A stretch of DNA of 64,000 nt from Romboutsia sp. (GCF_035470145.1 NZ_DATIRC010000017.1:438-64437); one strand, 5' to 3'. Shown: positions 49,257 to 61,784, counted from the first letter of the stretch. Program-made: numbers and translations. The notes: generated by a model not told the origin, from the letters alone.

Positions 49257-49841
49257 ATGAGTAGCGTAGATATAGTAGATATATTAAAAAAGAGCGATGC
49301 ATTACTAGAAGGGCATTTCTTATTATCTTCAGGAAAGCACAGTAACAGATATATACAATGTGCGAAGGTATTAAGATTCCCACAATATGCTGAAGCGGTA
49401 TTAAGTACAGTAGTTGAACAAATAAAAGATTTAGAAATAGATTTAGTAGTTGGACCTGCAATGGGTGGAGTTATAGTTTCTTATGAACTAGGAAGACAAT
49501 TAAACAAAGAAACTGTATTCACTGAAAGAAAAGATGGAGTAATGGAGCTAAGAAGAGGTTTTGAAGTTAAGCCAGGAGCTAGAATAATAATAGCGGAAGA
49601 TGTTGTTACAACTGGGAAATCAACTATAGAAACAAAAAAAGCACTAGAAGCCTTAGGTGGAGAGGTTATAGGTGTTGCTTGTATAGCAAATAGAACTAAT
49701 GATAATATAGGAATGCCTATATATAGTGCTATAAAACTAGATATACAAGTACATGATGCTAATGAATGTCCATTATGTAAAGAAGGAAGCCTAGAATTAG
49801 TTAAGCCAGGAAGTAGAGAATTCAAAGAATTAGGAATGTAG
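49257..49841 (+). CDS. pyrE: Orotate phosphoribosyltransferase
   Basis: [20 protein letters not shown]. Confidence 0.95.
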   Translation: MSSVDIVDILKKSDALLEGHFLLSSGKHSNRYIQCAKVLRFPQYAEAVLSTVVEQIKDLEIDLVVGPAMGGVIVSYELGRQLNKETVFTERKDGVMELRRGFEVKPGARIIIAEDVVTTGKSTIETKKALEALGGEVIGVACIANRTNDNIGMPIYSAIKLDIQVHDANECPLCKEGSLELVKPGSREFKELGM

Positions 49842-49889
49842 TTTACTACATTCGTGAAATTTTTAAATTGTAAGGGTGTTATATTGAAT

Positions 49890-49922
49890 AAAAAAATGAC
49901 CTATTTATAGGTCATTTTTTTT
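49890..49922 (+). terminator. Terminator after pyrE
   Basis: AAAAAAATGACCTAT-TT-ATAGGTCATTTTTTTT. Confidence 0.85.
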
Positions 49923-50002
49923 ATTTACAAGAAATTTGAGGCGCTGCATGGATGAATAATTTAAACGGTATGAGTAACATGAATTTTCAGAATAAAATAG
50001 TA

Positions 50003-50062
50003 TTGACAGGGAAAACTATTTCGTATATTATATTGGTATATACCAAATGGTATATACCAATA
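50003..50062 (+). promoter_or_regulatory. nag operon promoter with tandem NagR/DasR-type (dre-like) operators
   Basis: TTGACA-N17-TATTAT followed directly by ATTGGTATATACCAA and ATGGTATATACCAAT palindromes. Confidence 0.8.
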
Positions 50063-50090
50063 TAAAGTATAAAATAGAAAAGGTGAATAT

Positions 50091-50825
50091 ATGAAAATAG
50101 TAGATAAAAATATAGATGAGCCTCTTCATATTCAGTTATCTCAAATAATTAAGGATATGATTATAAACAAGGAATTAGTAGAAGGAACTTACTTAATACC
50201 AGAAAGAGAATTATGTAAACTTCAAAATATAAGCAGAATGACAGTAAACAAAGCAATTCTAAACCTTGTAAATGAAGGATTATTAGAAAGAAAGCAAGGA
50301 AAAGGTACATTTGTAGCATACAAAAAGCAAAAGTATCAATATCAAAATTTAAAAGGTTTCACAGAAGTTATGAATGAAAAAGGATTTAACGTAAAAAATA
50401 AAATCTTGAATTTTGAAATTAAGACTCAAAGTGAAAATATAAGGGAAATATTAAATATAGAGGACAAAAATGAACTAATATTTAAGATTGAAAGACTTAG
50501 AATTATTGAAGATAAACCTTTTGCATTAGAAACGGTTTATATACCACAGAAAATGTGCTTTGACTTGAATGAAAAATTAGTAGAAGAAAATTCTTTATAT
50601 ACACTTTTCAAACAGAGATACAATTATAAAACAAAGAAAGCAGTTCAAACTATAGAACCTATAATGTTAAATAAATATGATGCAGATACTTTAAAACAAG
50701 AAGTAAATTCATTAGCTTTAAAATTTTATAGATTAGTATATACACAAGATGATGAAATTTTAGAGTACACAATATCTAGATTTACTAGCGATAAATACCA
50801 ATATCAAATTGTGTTAACAGACTAG
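50091..50825 (+). CDS. nagR: GntR/HutC-family repressor of GlcNAc utilisation
   Basis: PERELC...ISRMTV..A..L..EG.L.RKQGKGTFV wHTH plus UTRA domain; heads the nagABE operon. Confidence 0.82.
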   Translation: MKIVDKNIDEPLHIQLSQIIKDMIINKELVEGTYLIPERELCKLQNISRMTVNKAILNLVNEGLLERKQGKGTFVAYKKQKYQYQNLKGFTEVMNEKGFNVKNKILNFEIKTQSENIREILNIEDKNELIFKIERLRIIEDKPFALETVYIPQKMCFDLNEKLVEENSLYTLFKQRYNYKTKKAVQTIEPIMLNKYDADTLKQEVNSLALKFYRLVYTQDDEILEYTISRFTSDKYQYQIVLTD

Positions 50826-50840
50826 GTGGTGAAATAAAAC

Positions 50841-51977
50841 ATGAAAGTAATTGTAAATGGGAAAATAATACAAAAAGATTGTATTCTAGAAAATAAGGTA
50901 TTAGTTTTTGATAAAAAAATAATAGATATATGTGATAAAGCACCTAAAAACTGTGAAGTAATAGATGCAAAAGAAATGTATGTTTCTCCTGGACTTATAG
51001 ATATACACATTCATGGTAGCAAAGGATCAGACACAATGGATGGATCCTTAGAAGCTATAAATATCATAAGTAATAGTATGATTGAAAATGGTGTAACATC
51101 ATATTTACCTACTACAATGGCTATGGACAAAGAATGCGTGCATAAGGCCTTTGAAATAATAAAAAAGGCTATGAGTAATCACAGTCAAGGTGCTACTGTA
51201 CTAGGCGTTCATATGGAAGGTCCTTTTATAAATGAATATTATAAAGGAGCTCAAAATTCTGAGTTTATAATAAAACCAAGCTTTGAGTTTATAAAAGATT
51301 ATACAGATATAATAAAAATAATTTCATATGCACCAGAAGTAGATAAAGGCTTTGAATTTACAAAGGATATCAAAAAAAATACAGATATAATATTATCAAT
51401 ATGTCATACTAATTCAACCTATGAAAATGCAAAAGCAGCTATAGAACTTGGTGCATCAAATATAACACATTTATTTAATGCTATGTCTCCTTTAAATCAT
51501 AGAGATCCGGGAGTTGTGGGGGCAGCCTTAATGACTGATGTTTATTGTGAGATGATAGCGGATAAAATACATACAAATAAGGATATATTCCAATTTGTAT
51601 TAAACAATAAAGGCAAAGAAAAGATAATTTTAGTTACAGATAGTATGAGAGCAGGATGTATGGAAGATGGAGAATATGAACTAGGTGGACAAGTAGTATA
51701 CGTAAAAGAAAATAGTGCAAGATTAAAAAATGGAACACTTGCAGGAAGTGTACTTACTTTAAATAAAGCAGTTTATAACTTTTTTGAAAGTACTAATTTA
51801 AAAATACATGAGGCAATAGCTTTAGCATCAATAAATCCTGCCAAATCTATAAATATAGAAAATAAAAAAGGAAGTTTGGATATAGGAAAAGACGCAGATA
51901 TTTCATTATTTGATAAAAAGATGAATTGCTATCTTACAATAGTAGAGGGTAAAGAGGTATTTAACAAAATAATTTAA
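50841..51977 (+). CDS. nagA: N-acetylglucosamine-6-phosphate deacetylase
   Basis: PGLIDIHIHG, HMEGPF, THLFNAM, TLAGS. Confidence 0.95.
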   Translation: MKVIVNGKIIQKDCILENKVLVFDKKIIDICDKAPKNCEVIDAKEMYVSPGLIDIHIHGSKGSDTMDGSLEAINIISNSMIENGVTSYLPTTMAMDKECVHKAFEIIKKAMSNHSQGATVLGVHMEGPFINEYYKGAQNSEFIIKPSFEFIKDYTDIIKIISYAPEVDKGFEFTKDIKKNTDIILSICHTNSTYENAKAAIELGASNITHLFNAMSPLNHRDPGVVGAALMTDVYCEMIADKIHTNKDIFQFVLNNKGKEKIILVTDSMRAGCMEDGEYELGGQVVYVKENSARLKNGTLAGSVLTLNKAVYNFFESTNLKIHEAIALASINPAKSINIENKKGSLDIGKDADISLFDKKMNCYLTIVEGKEVFNKII

Positions 51978-51992
51978 ATTGTAGGTGAGAAT

Positions 51993-52742
51993 ATGAGGAT
52001 AATAGTTTGTGAAAATTATGAAGAAGTAAGTAAAAAAGCAGCTCAAATGATTTTAAGTCAAGTAACGCTAAAGCCAAATTCTGTTTTAGGACTTGCAACA
52101 GGAAGTACCCCTGTAGGGATGTACAAAAACCTTATACAAATGAATAAGGAGAGATATATAGATTTCTCAGAGGTGAAAACGTTTAACTTGGATGAGTATT
52201 ATAATTTACCAAGAACAAACGAGGAAAGTTACTATCACTTTATGTACGAAAATTTATTTAATCATATAAATATAAATTCAGAAAATGTAAATATACCCAA
52301 TGGTATGGCAGAAGATATAGAAGCAGAATGTGCTAGATACGACGAGGCTATAAAAGAATCTGGAGGAATAGATATTCAAGTACTTGGTATAGGGAACAAT
52401 GCTCATATAAGATTCAATGAACCAACTGTGAACTTTGAAAAAGGAACCCATTTAGTAGAACTAGATGAATCAACAATACAAGCAAATTCAAGATTTTTTG
52501 ATGATATAGATGATGTACCTAAAAAGGCAATAACTATGGGTGTAGGAGCTATTTTTAAAAGTAAAAAAATAATGCTATTAGCATGTGGCGAAAATAAAGC
52601 AGAAGCAATATATAATACAGTTTATGGGAAAGTAATACCAGAAGTACCAGCTTCAATTCTCCAATTCCACAATGACACAATTATTATATTAGATAAAGCA
52701 GCAGCAAAACTTCTTAAAAAAGAAGATTACAAAACAGCTTAA
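51993..52742 (+). CDS. nagB: Glucosamine-6-phosphate deaminase
   Basis: LGLATGSTP, FNLDEY, HI.FNEP, AITMGVG, PASILQ. Confidence 0.94.
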   Translation: MRIIVCENYEEVSKKAAQMILSQVTLKPNSVLGLATGSTPVGMYKNLIQMNKERYIDFSEVKTFNLDEYYNLPRTNEESYYHFMYENLFNHININSENVNIPNGMAEDIEAECARYDEAIKESGGIDIQVLGIGNNAHIRFNEPTVNFEKGTHLVELDESTIQANSRFFDDIDDVPKKAITMGVGAIFKSKKIMLLACGENKAEAIYNTVYGKVIPEVPASILQFHNDTIIILDKAAAKLLKKEDYKTA

Positions 52743-52803
52743 CTTAGATATATAGGAATACCTTACTATATAATTAATACTAAAAACTAGGAGGAGAAAA
52801 GAC

Positions 52804-54231
52804 ATGATAAAGTTTTTACAAAGAATAGGTAAATCACTTATGTTACCTATAGCAGCATTACCAATAGCAGGTATAATGCTAAGATTAGGTCAAGCAGATG
52901 TAATAGAAGCACTAAAATTTATACCATTTATTGGTTCGATATTACCGTTCTTTGGTGCAGCAGGGGGGGCATTATTTGATAACTTACCATTATTATTTGC
53001 ATTAGGTGTGGCAGTAGGATTATCAGATGACCAAAATGGGGCTTCAGCTTTAGCAGGGGCTATATCTTATTTAACATTAACAAAAGTTACAAGTCAGTAT
53101 TGGACTATGAATTTTAATCCAGAAATAGCCTCAACTTTAAATATATCATTCTTAGGTGGTATACTAGCAGGGATAATAGGTGGATTATCTTATAATAGAT
53201 TTAGAGGTGTTAAATTGCCTGAATTTCTAGCATTCTTCGGAGGAAGAAGAGCAGTTCCTATAATGGCAGGTTTAATATCTGCAATAATAGCAATACCACT
53301 TGGCATGGCTTGGCCAACTATTCAAGCTGGGTTAGGAAGTGTATCAGCAGGAATAGCAGGAATGGGTGCAATAGGTGTAGCATTGTTCGGATTCTTTAAC
53401 CGTTTATTAATACCAATGGGTCTACACCACGTGTTAAATTCATTCTTCTGGTTCCAATTAGGTGACTTTAGTGGAAAATCGGGAGATTTAAATAGATTCT
53501 TCGTAGGAGACCCTACAGCAGGACACTTCATGGCAGGGTTCTTCCCAGTAATGATGTTTGGTTTACCAGCATTAGCTCTTGCAATATACTTTGCAGCTAA
53601 AAAGGAAAAGAAAAAAGAAGTTGCAGGTATGCTTTTATCACTTGCACTTACATCATTCTTAACAGGTGTTACAGAACCGTTAGAATTCTTATTCATATTC
53701 TTATCACCAGTATTATTAGTAGCTCATGCATTACTTACAGGTGTATCAATGTTTATAACAGATAGCTTAGGTGTACTTCATGGATTTACATTTTCAGCAG
53801 GTGCAATAGATTATTTAATAAACTTCAAATTAGCAACTAAGCCAGTATTAATATTATTAATAGGTTTAGGAATAGGTGCAGCATATTTCTTCGTATTCTA
53901 TACATTAATAGTTAAGTTAAATTTACCTACTCCAGGTAGAGAAGACGAAGAAGTTATAGAAAATACAGCTATAAAAGATTCTGATGAAGCAGTTGCAAAA
54001 GCATATGTAGAATTCTTAGGTGGAGAAGATAATATCTCTAAAGTAGATAACTGTGCAACTCGTTTAAGATTAGAAGTAAAAGATGCTTCAAAGATAAAGG
54101 AAAAAGAATTAAAATCTATAGGAGCTAGAGGCGTGGTTAAATTAAGTAATACGAGCGTTCAAGTTATAGTTGGAACAAAGGTTGAGTTTGTTGCAGACGG
54201 AATGAAAAGTTTAATGAAACAAAAATCATAA
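52804..54231 (+). CDS. nagE: PTS N-acetylglucosamine EIICB
   Basis: LQRIGKSLMLP, GLHHVLN, GVTEPLEF, EIIB NCATRLR. Confidence 0.92.
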   Translation: MIKFLQRIGKSLMLPIAALPIAGIMLRLGQADVIEALKFIPFIGSILPFFGAAGGALFDNLPLLFALGVAVGLSDDQNGASALAGAISYLTLTKVTSQYWTMNFNPEIASTLNISFLGGILAGIIGGLSYNRFRGVKLPEFLAFFGGRRAVPIMAGLISAIIAIPLGMAWPTIQAGLGSVSAGIAGMGAIGVALFGFFNRLLIPMGLHHVLNSFFWFQLGDFSGKSGDLNRFFVGDPTAGHFMAGFFPVMMFGLPALALAIYFAAKKEKKKEVAGMLLSLALTSFLTGVTEPLEFLFIFLSPVLLVAHALLTGVSMFITDSLGVLHGFTFSAGAIDYLINFKLATKPVLILLIGLGIGAAYFFVFYTLIVKLNLPTPGREDEEVIENTAIKDSDEAVAKAYVEFLGGEDNISKVDNCATRLRLEVKDASKIKEKELKSIGARGVVKLSNTSVQVIVGTKVEFVADGMKSLMKQKS

Positions 54232-54411
54232 TAAGATTACAATAGATGGTATGTGATTTATAAATCATATACCACTTTTTTATAGCACATAGGAAATTAT
54301 ATTCATTTTAAAATTGTGGATAGATATAATTTTAGTATATGTACTTCAAAAAGGTATTCCTGATAAATCTTCAATTGAAGACTTTTTTACATTAAAAAAG
54401 GGAATGTATTT

Positions 54412-55065
54412 CTACATTCCTAAAATTTTTTTTATTTCATTACATAACATATCAAGATGTTCTGGGTTATTTATTAAATCAATCTCATTTATATTTACAT
54501 ATAAAACAGGTGATTGATCATATTCGTGTATCCATCTCTCGTATCTATTGTGAAGATTGGTCCAATAACCTATATCAACAGCTCTTTCCATCTCACGTCC
54601 TCTAAGACCTATTCTATGAACTATAGTATCTATAGAACCATCTAAGTATATCATTAAGTCCGGCCTTCTTAGATGGGGTACCATATCGTTGAATAAATCT
54701 CTATAAGTTATATAATCTCTTTTGCTCATTTTCCCATTATCAAATAAGTTTCTAGCGAATATTTCAACGTCTTCATATATACTTCTATCTTGTATGTTAT
54801 TTAATCCATTGCTATCTATTTCTTTTTGTTGTTTAAATCTTTGAGCTAAGAAATATAATTGTAAATGGAATCCCCATTTTTCTTGATCTTTATAAAAATC
54901 TTCTAAATATGGATTTCCGTCAACTTTTTCGTAGTGAGTTTCAAATCCAAGTCTTTCTCCAACTAATTTTGTTAAAGTAGATTTTCCCGCACCGACATTT
55001 CCTGCTACTGTTATGAATAAATCTCTATTTAAAGGTTTATTACATTGATTTACTAAATTAAACAT
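54412..55065 (-). CDS. dck: Deoxyadenosine/deoxycytidine kinase
   Basis: AGNVGAGKST, NPYL..FY, FHLQLYFL, QDRSIYED; resembles B. subtilis Dck. Confidence 0.82.
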   Translation of the reverse strand: MFNLVNQCNKPLNRDLFITVAGNVGAGKSTLTKLVGERLGFETHYEKVDGNPYLEDFYKDQEKWGFHLQLYFLAQRFKQQKEIDSNGLNNIQDRSIYEDVEIFARNLFDNGKMSKRDYITYRDLFNDMVPHLRRPDLMIYLDGSIDTIVHRIGLRGREMERAVDIGYWTNLHNRYERWIHEYDQSPVLYVNINEIDLINNPEHLDMLCNEIKKILGM

Positions 55066-55721
55066 TATGTCTGTCCTCCTAAGGCCTTTATTGCATCTTC
55101 TACATTATTTATTATAAATTGTCTATCTTTTTCGTTATTTAAGAAATCCAGATTTGAATTATCAACTTCTATAATTATAGGTTCTTTACCCATGAAGTTG
55201 TGTTTTATAGATAGTGGATTGAAATAATACTTATATTCTGTGCTTAATTCGTGTATATAATTTCTATCCATTTGTCTTTCGAAGCTTCTATCTCTCATAG
55301 CGATTCTTTTCATTAAAACGTCTGTTTTAGAATGTAAATATATTATTATATCTGGTTGAGGTAAATCATTAACGAATATATTATACATTTGCTTATATCT
55401 ATGGAATTGCATTTTATCAAGAGTTATTCCTGCGAATATAAGGTTTTTTATAATGTGGTAGTCACTAACTACACCCTGCGACTTACTTAATGCGTTTTTT
55501 TCGATATCTTCTAATTGTTTTACCCTATTAAATAGAAAAAATGCTTCTGTTTGTAAAGCATATTCTTTAATATCTGTATAAAATTTTGATAAGAAAGGAT
55601 TTTCTTCAACTATTTCTCTTAAAAGAGTATAACCAAAATGTTGATTAAGTATAGTTGCTAATGTAGTCTTTCCTACACCAATAGCCCCTTCTATGGCAAT
55701 AAACACGCCTCTGTTATTCAT
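55065..55721 (-). CDS. dgk: Deoxyguanosine kinase
   Basis: FIAIEGAIGVGKTT, EIVEENPFL..FY, SDYHIIKN; resembles B. subtilis Dgk. Confidence 0.82.
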   Translation of the reverse strand: MNNRGVFIAIEGAIGVGKTTLATILNQHFGYTLLREIVEENPFLSKFYTDIKEYALQTEAFFLFNRVKQLEDIEKNALSKSQGVVSDYHIIKNLIFAGITLDKMQFHRYKQMYNIFVNDLPQPDIIIYLHSKTDVLMKRIAMRDRSFERQMDRNYIHELSTEYKYYFNPLSIKHNFMGKEPIIIEVDNSNLDFLNNEKDRQFIINNVEDAIKALGGQT

Positions 55722-55900
55722 CTAAAATCACCTTCTAAAAATAATGTCTTATGTATTTTATCAAAAAAGTTTTTTAAATTCTACCCTAGACTTTTTAAAA
55801 TAAATTTGCATATATAAAAAAAATCATTTAATTTATGTAAAATTTGGGTAAATTAAAAGTATTGATAATTAATATAAATACCCAAAGAGGAGACAATATA

Positions 55901-56776
55901 ATGAACGTTTATGAAAAAAATAATTCTGTTATATTAGAGGGAGTAGCAGATTTTGATCCGAAGCATATATTTGAATGTGGGCAATGTTTTAGGTGGCACA
56001 AACAAGAAGATGGATCGTACACAGGTGTTGCAAAAGGAAAGGTAATAAATGTAGCTAAAGTTGATGATAAAATTTATTTAAATAACACTAATTTAAAGGA
56101 TTTTAACAATCTTTGGTATAATTATTTTGATTTAGGAACAAATTACACAGAGATAAAAAATTCTCTAAAAAATATGGATGAATATCTTGATAAAGCAACA
56201 GATTTTGGTTGGGGTATAAGAATTCTTAAACAAGATGGTTGGGAGATGCTTATTTCATTTATAATTTCATCAAATAATAGAATTCCTATGATACAAAAGG
56301 CTATTGAAAATTTATCAAGAAATTATGGAAAGTATATAGGAAATTATGAAGGTAAAGAGTACTATGCATTTCCAACGCCGCAAGAATTAAATAACGTTTC
56401 TCAACAAGAAATAAGAGCATGTCAAACTGGTTTTAGAGATAAATATATAAAAAGTACAATAGAAAATGTAATGAAAAATAATGAAAATATATCTGAATAT
56501 ACAAGTTTGAGTACAGAAGAGTGTATAAAAGAATTAACTAAGTTCAATGGGGTAGGACCTAAAGTAGCTGACTGTATAGCTTTATTTGGGATACAAAAGT
56601 ATGATACGTTCCCTGTAGATGTTTGGGTTAAGAGAGTTATGCAAGAATTCTATGTAGAAGATAATATGAGCTTACCGAAAATAAGAAAATATGCAATAGA
56701 CAAATTTGCAGAGTTATCAGGGTTTGCGCAACAATATTTATTCTATTATGCTAGAGAACTTGGTATAGGAAGATAG
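55901..56776 (+). CDS. ogg: 8-oxoguanine DNA glycosylase/AP lyase
   Basis: ECGQCFRW, FIISSNN.IP.I, HhH GVGPKVADC, FPVDVW, AQQYLF. Confidence 0.9.
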   Translation: MNVYEKNNSVILEGVADFDPKHIFECGQCFRWHKQEDGSYTGVAKGKVINVAKVDDKIYLNNTNLKDFNNLWYNYFDLGTNYTEIKNSLKNMDEYLDKATDFGWGIRILKQDGWEMLISFIISSNNRIPMIQKAIENLSRNYGKYIGNYEGKEYYAFPTPQELNNVSQQEIRACQTGFRDKYIKSTIENVMKNNENISEYTSLSTEECIKELTKFNGVGPKVADCIALFGIQKYDTFPVDVWVKRVMQEFYVEDNMSLPKIRKYAIDKFAELSGFAQQYLFYYARELGIGR

Positions 56777-56794
56777 ATAAAAGAGGGATTAGCC

Positions 56795-58285
56795 ATGAGT
56801 ATTGGAGGATTTTTGTTTTTAAGCTATTTAATAGTATCATATTTGGCTGCAGCGATAATTTCCATGTCTATTATACTTGAGAATAGAGACCCCGCTAGAA
56901 CTGTTACATGGTTATTAATATTTATATTGCTTCCAGGAATAGGATTAGTAATTTATGCAGTTTTTGGAAGGAACATAAGGAAAAGAAAGCTGTTTAAGAC
57001 GCAAAAATTAGCAAGTAATATAAAGGAAGAAAAATTATTCGAAAATCTAAAAGAAATAGAAGAATTAGTAGAATTAGAAAAAGAATCAATAAAGAAAAAT
57101 AAATTATTAAATGAAAGTGAATGCGAATATACGAAGAAAAGAGTAATAAGTCTTTTATTAAATACAGGGATGTTTCCATTTACAACGAATAATAATATAG
57201 ACGTATATATAGACGGAAATCAAAAGTTTGATAACCTTATTAAAGATATAAAAAAAGCAAAAGACCATATACATTTAGAGTATTTTATAATAAAAGATAG
57301 TAATATAGGTAGAAAAATAAAGGATTTGTTAATAGAAAAATCAAAAGATGGTGTAAAAATAAGAATCCTATATGATGATGTTGGATGTTGGAGATTTTGG
57401 TTTCATAGAAAATTTTTCAATGAAATGAAACAGCATGGGATAGACATAATGCCATTTTTACCAGCTAAGTTCCCTGTTATAGGTGGAAAACTAAACTATC
57501 GAAATCATAGAAAAATAGTAGTTATAGACGGGAAAATTGGATACACTGGTGGAATAAATATAGGAGATGAATACCTAGGTAAAAATGAAAAATTTGGATA
57601 CTGGAGAGATACTCATATTAGGATAGAAGGAACCTCAGTATATATGTTACAGATGATATTTTTAATAGATTGGTATTATACAACAAGAGAAATTATTATA
57701 GTAAAAGAATATTTTCCTAAGATGGATTACTGTGGAGATAGTATGGTTCAAGTGGTGGCGAGTGGCCCAGATAGTGACTGGGAGGCTATACACTATGCAT
57801 ATTTTTCAGCCATCTGCCAAGCGAAAAAGAATATATATATAGAAACTCCATACTTTATACCTGATGAAAGTATCCTTAGAGCTTTAAAAAGTGCAGCATT
57901 AAGTGGGGTAGATGTAAGAATAATTTTCCCTAAAATAGCTGATCACAAAATGGTAAACAGTGCATCTTATTCGTATTTTGATGATATTTTAAGATCTGGA
58001 GGTAGGGTGTATCTTTATACAAAAGGATTTATACATTCTAAAATAGTTATAATAGATGATAAAATAGCTTCTACAGGTTCTGCAAATATGGATCTAAGAA
58101 GCTTTATGCTCAATTTTGAAATAAATGCATTTATATATGATAAAGACGTTGTAAAGATAATGACAGATGATTTTTTTGAAGATTTAAAATACAGTGAAGA
58201 GATAAAAGATACTGATTTTAAAAGTAGAAATATCATAAAAAAAATTAAAGAATCAATAGCTAGATTATTTTCACCTATATTATAA
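56795..58285 (+). CDS. cls: Cardiolipin synthase
   Basis: Two HKD motifs (RNHRKIVVID, HSKIVIID), two N-terminal TMs. Confidence 0.94.
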   Translation: MSIGGFLFLSYLIVSYLAAAIISMSIILENRDPARTVTWLLIFILLPGIGLVIYAVFGRNIRKRKLFKTQKLASNIKEEKLFENLKEIEELVELEKESIKKNKLLNESECEYTKKRVISLLLNTGMFPFTTNNNIDVYIDGNQKFDNLIKDIKKAKDHIHLEYFIIKDSNIGRKIKDLLIEKSKDGVKIRILYDDVGCWRFWFHRKFFNEMKQHGIDIMPFLPAKFPVIGGKLNYRNHRKIVVIDGKIGYTGGINIGDEYLGKNEKFGYWRDTHIRIEGTSVYMLQMIFLIDWYYTTREIIIVKEYFPKMDYCGDSMVQVVASGPDSDWEAIHYAYFSAICQAKKNIYIETPYFIPDESILRALKSAALSGVDVRIIFPKIADHKMVNSASYSYFDDILRSGGRVYLYTKGFIHSKIVIIDDKIASTGSANMDLRSFMLNFEINAFIYDKDVVKIMTDDFFEDLKYSEEIKDTDFKSRNIIKKIKESIARLFSPIL

Positions 58286-58339
58286 ATATTTAACAAAAAG
58301 TATTGAAAATTATGGGTATTTAGTATACTATAATAATTG

Positions 58340-58366
58340 TTAGCACTCTTAGTTATAGAGTGATAA
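58340..58366 (+). promoter_or_regulatory. CIRCE element (HrcA operator)
   Basis: TTAGCACTC-N9-GAGTGATAA (1 mismatch to consensus) just after TTGAAA-N17-TACTAT promoter. Confidence 0.9.
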
Positions 58367-58501
58367 AATTATTATAGTATATATTTATTTTACATATAAA
58401 TAAATTGAATTTTAAATTTTATTTATTGAATTTATTAAATGTCAATAGTGGAATTTTATAAATTCCTTTAATATAAACAATTCATTTAGGAGGTAAAAAT
58501 C

Positions 58502-58786
58502 ATGAAAATAAGACCATTAGCTGATAGAGTAGTGATTAAAAAGTTAGAAGCTGAAGAGAAAACTGCAAGTGGGATAGTTTTACCAGGGGCAGCTAAAGAA
58601 CAACCTCAAATGGCTGAAGTTGTTGAAGTTGGACCAGGCGGGGTCGTTGATGGAAAAGAAATAGTTATGGAATTAAAAGTTAGAGACAAAGTTATATTCC
58701 AAAAATATGCAGGCACAGAAGTTAAAATAGAAGGTCAAGAATACACAATATTAAAACAAAGCGATATATTAGCTGTAGTTGAATAA
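58502..58786 (+). CDS. groES: Co-chaperonin GroES
   Basis: IRPLADRV, TASGIVLPGAAKE, EVGPG. Confidence 0.97.
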   Translation: MKIRPLADRVVIKKLEAEEKTASGIVLPGAAKEQPQMAEVVEVGPGGVVDGKEIVMELKVRDKVIFQKYAGTEVKIEGQEYTILKQSDILAVVE

Positions 58787-60430
<1,644 letters not shown>

Positions 60431-60448
60431 TAAATATAAAATATTTAT

Positions 60449-60486
60449 AAAAGAGCTTAGTAAATAATTATTTACTAAGCTCTTTT
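60449..60486 (+). terminator. Terminator after groEL
   Basis: AAAAGAGCTTAGTAAATAA/TTATTTACTAAGCTCTTTT. Confidence 0.88.
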
Positions 60487-60614
60487 GTTCTATATATAAT
60501 AATATATTCATATTGATTTAACAATGGTATCAAATTAATTATAATATTTGGAGGTATGTTTTAAATTAAAAAATATATGAGTACAAAAATAGTATAAAAG
60601 GCTAGGTGTTATAA

Positions 60615-61784
60615 ATGCATGTGTTGTATTATATAGGTATAATTTTATTTTCGGGGATAATAATGGGTAGTTTAGTTTCATATTTAAAGTTACCCAAAAT
60701 AACTGGGTATCTAATTGCAGGATTATTAATAAGTCCTCATTTTCTAAATTTAGTTCCAAGGGAATCTATAGAAGCTTTAACAATAATTTCTGAAGTTGCA
60801 TTAGGATTTATAGCTTATAACATAGGGAGTTCATTAAATTATTCTAAATTAAAAAAAATAGGAAAAGGAATAGTAATAATAACATTGTTTGAATCGCTGA
60901 CTGCTGTATTAATAGTAGATTTATTTATGATATTTGTTATGAAGCAGTCGATAGCATTTAGTATATCACTAGGAGCAATAGCAGCAGCTACAGCACCAGC
61001 AGCAACAATAATGGTAATCAATCAATATAAGGCTAAAGGACCTTTAACTAATACATTAATACCTGTAGTAGCTATAGATGATGCTATTGCTGTAATAGCA
61101 TTTGGAATATCTATTTCTATAGCTCAGATATTTATAGATGGAAGTGATAGTTTTTCATTCATATCTCTTTTAAATCCAATAATTGAAATTAGTATCTCAT
61201 TTTTAGTAGGTATAATATTAGGTTTTTTATTATCGATTGTAACTAGGAATAAAAAAGACGATGACCAAGTATTAACTATAATAATAGGAATGGTATTTTT
61301 TGCGGTAGGAACATCTACTTATTTTGGGTTGTCCCCTTTATTAACGTGTATATTATTAGGGGCAACAATAACTAATATTGCACCTAATAGCAATAAATTA
61401 TTTTCACTTGTAGACAGGATAACTCCTCCTATATATTTATCATTTTTCACGATATCAGGGTTAGAGTTAGATATAGCAGTACTAAAAACAGTTGGAATGA
61501 TTGGGATAGGATATGTAGTATGTAGAGTTATGGGAAAAGTATTAGGAGTATATATAGGTGCTAAAATTGCAAAATCAGATATTGTAGTTCAAAAGTATTT
61601 AGGATTAACTTTAATACCTCAAGCTGGAGTTGCAATAGGTTTAGCTATGGTAGTGCAGGCTGAATTGCCTTTATATGGTCAAAAGATAAGAACTATTATT
61701 TTAGCAGCGACAGTAATATATGAGTTAATAGGTCCTTTATGTACCAAAATGGCTATATTTAAAGCAAAGGAAGCATGTGATTAA
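60615..61784 (+). CDS. Cation:proton antiporter (CPA2-like)
   Basis: About 12 TM; LP.ITGYLIAG, AATAPAAT, VAIDD, PQAGVAIGLA. Confidence 0.85.
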   Translation: MHVLYYIGIILFSGIIMGSLVSYLKLPKITGYLIAGLLISPHFLNLVPRESIEALTIISEVALGFIAYNIGSSLNYSKLKKIGKGIVIITLFESLTAVLIVDLFMIFVMKQSIAFSISLGAIAAATAPAATIMVINQYKAKGPLTNTLIPVVAIDDAIAVIAFGISISIAQIFIDGSDSFSFISLLNPIIEISISFLVGIILGFLLSIVTRNKKDDDQVLTIIIGMVFFAVGTSTYFGLSPLLTCILLGATITNIAPNSNKLFSLVDRITPPIYLSFFTISGLELDIAVLKTVGMIGIGYVVCRVMGKVLGVYIGAKIAKSDIVVQKYLGLTLIPQAGVAIGLAMVVQAELPLYGQKIRTIILAATVIYELIGPLCTKMAIFKAKEACD

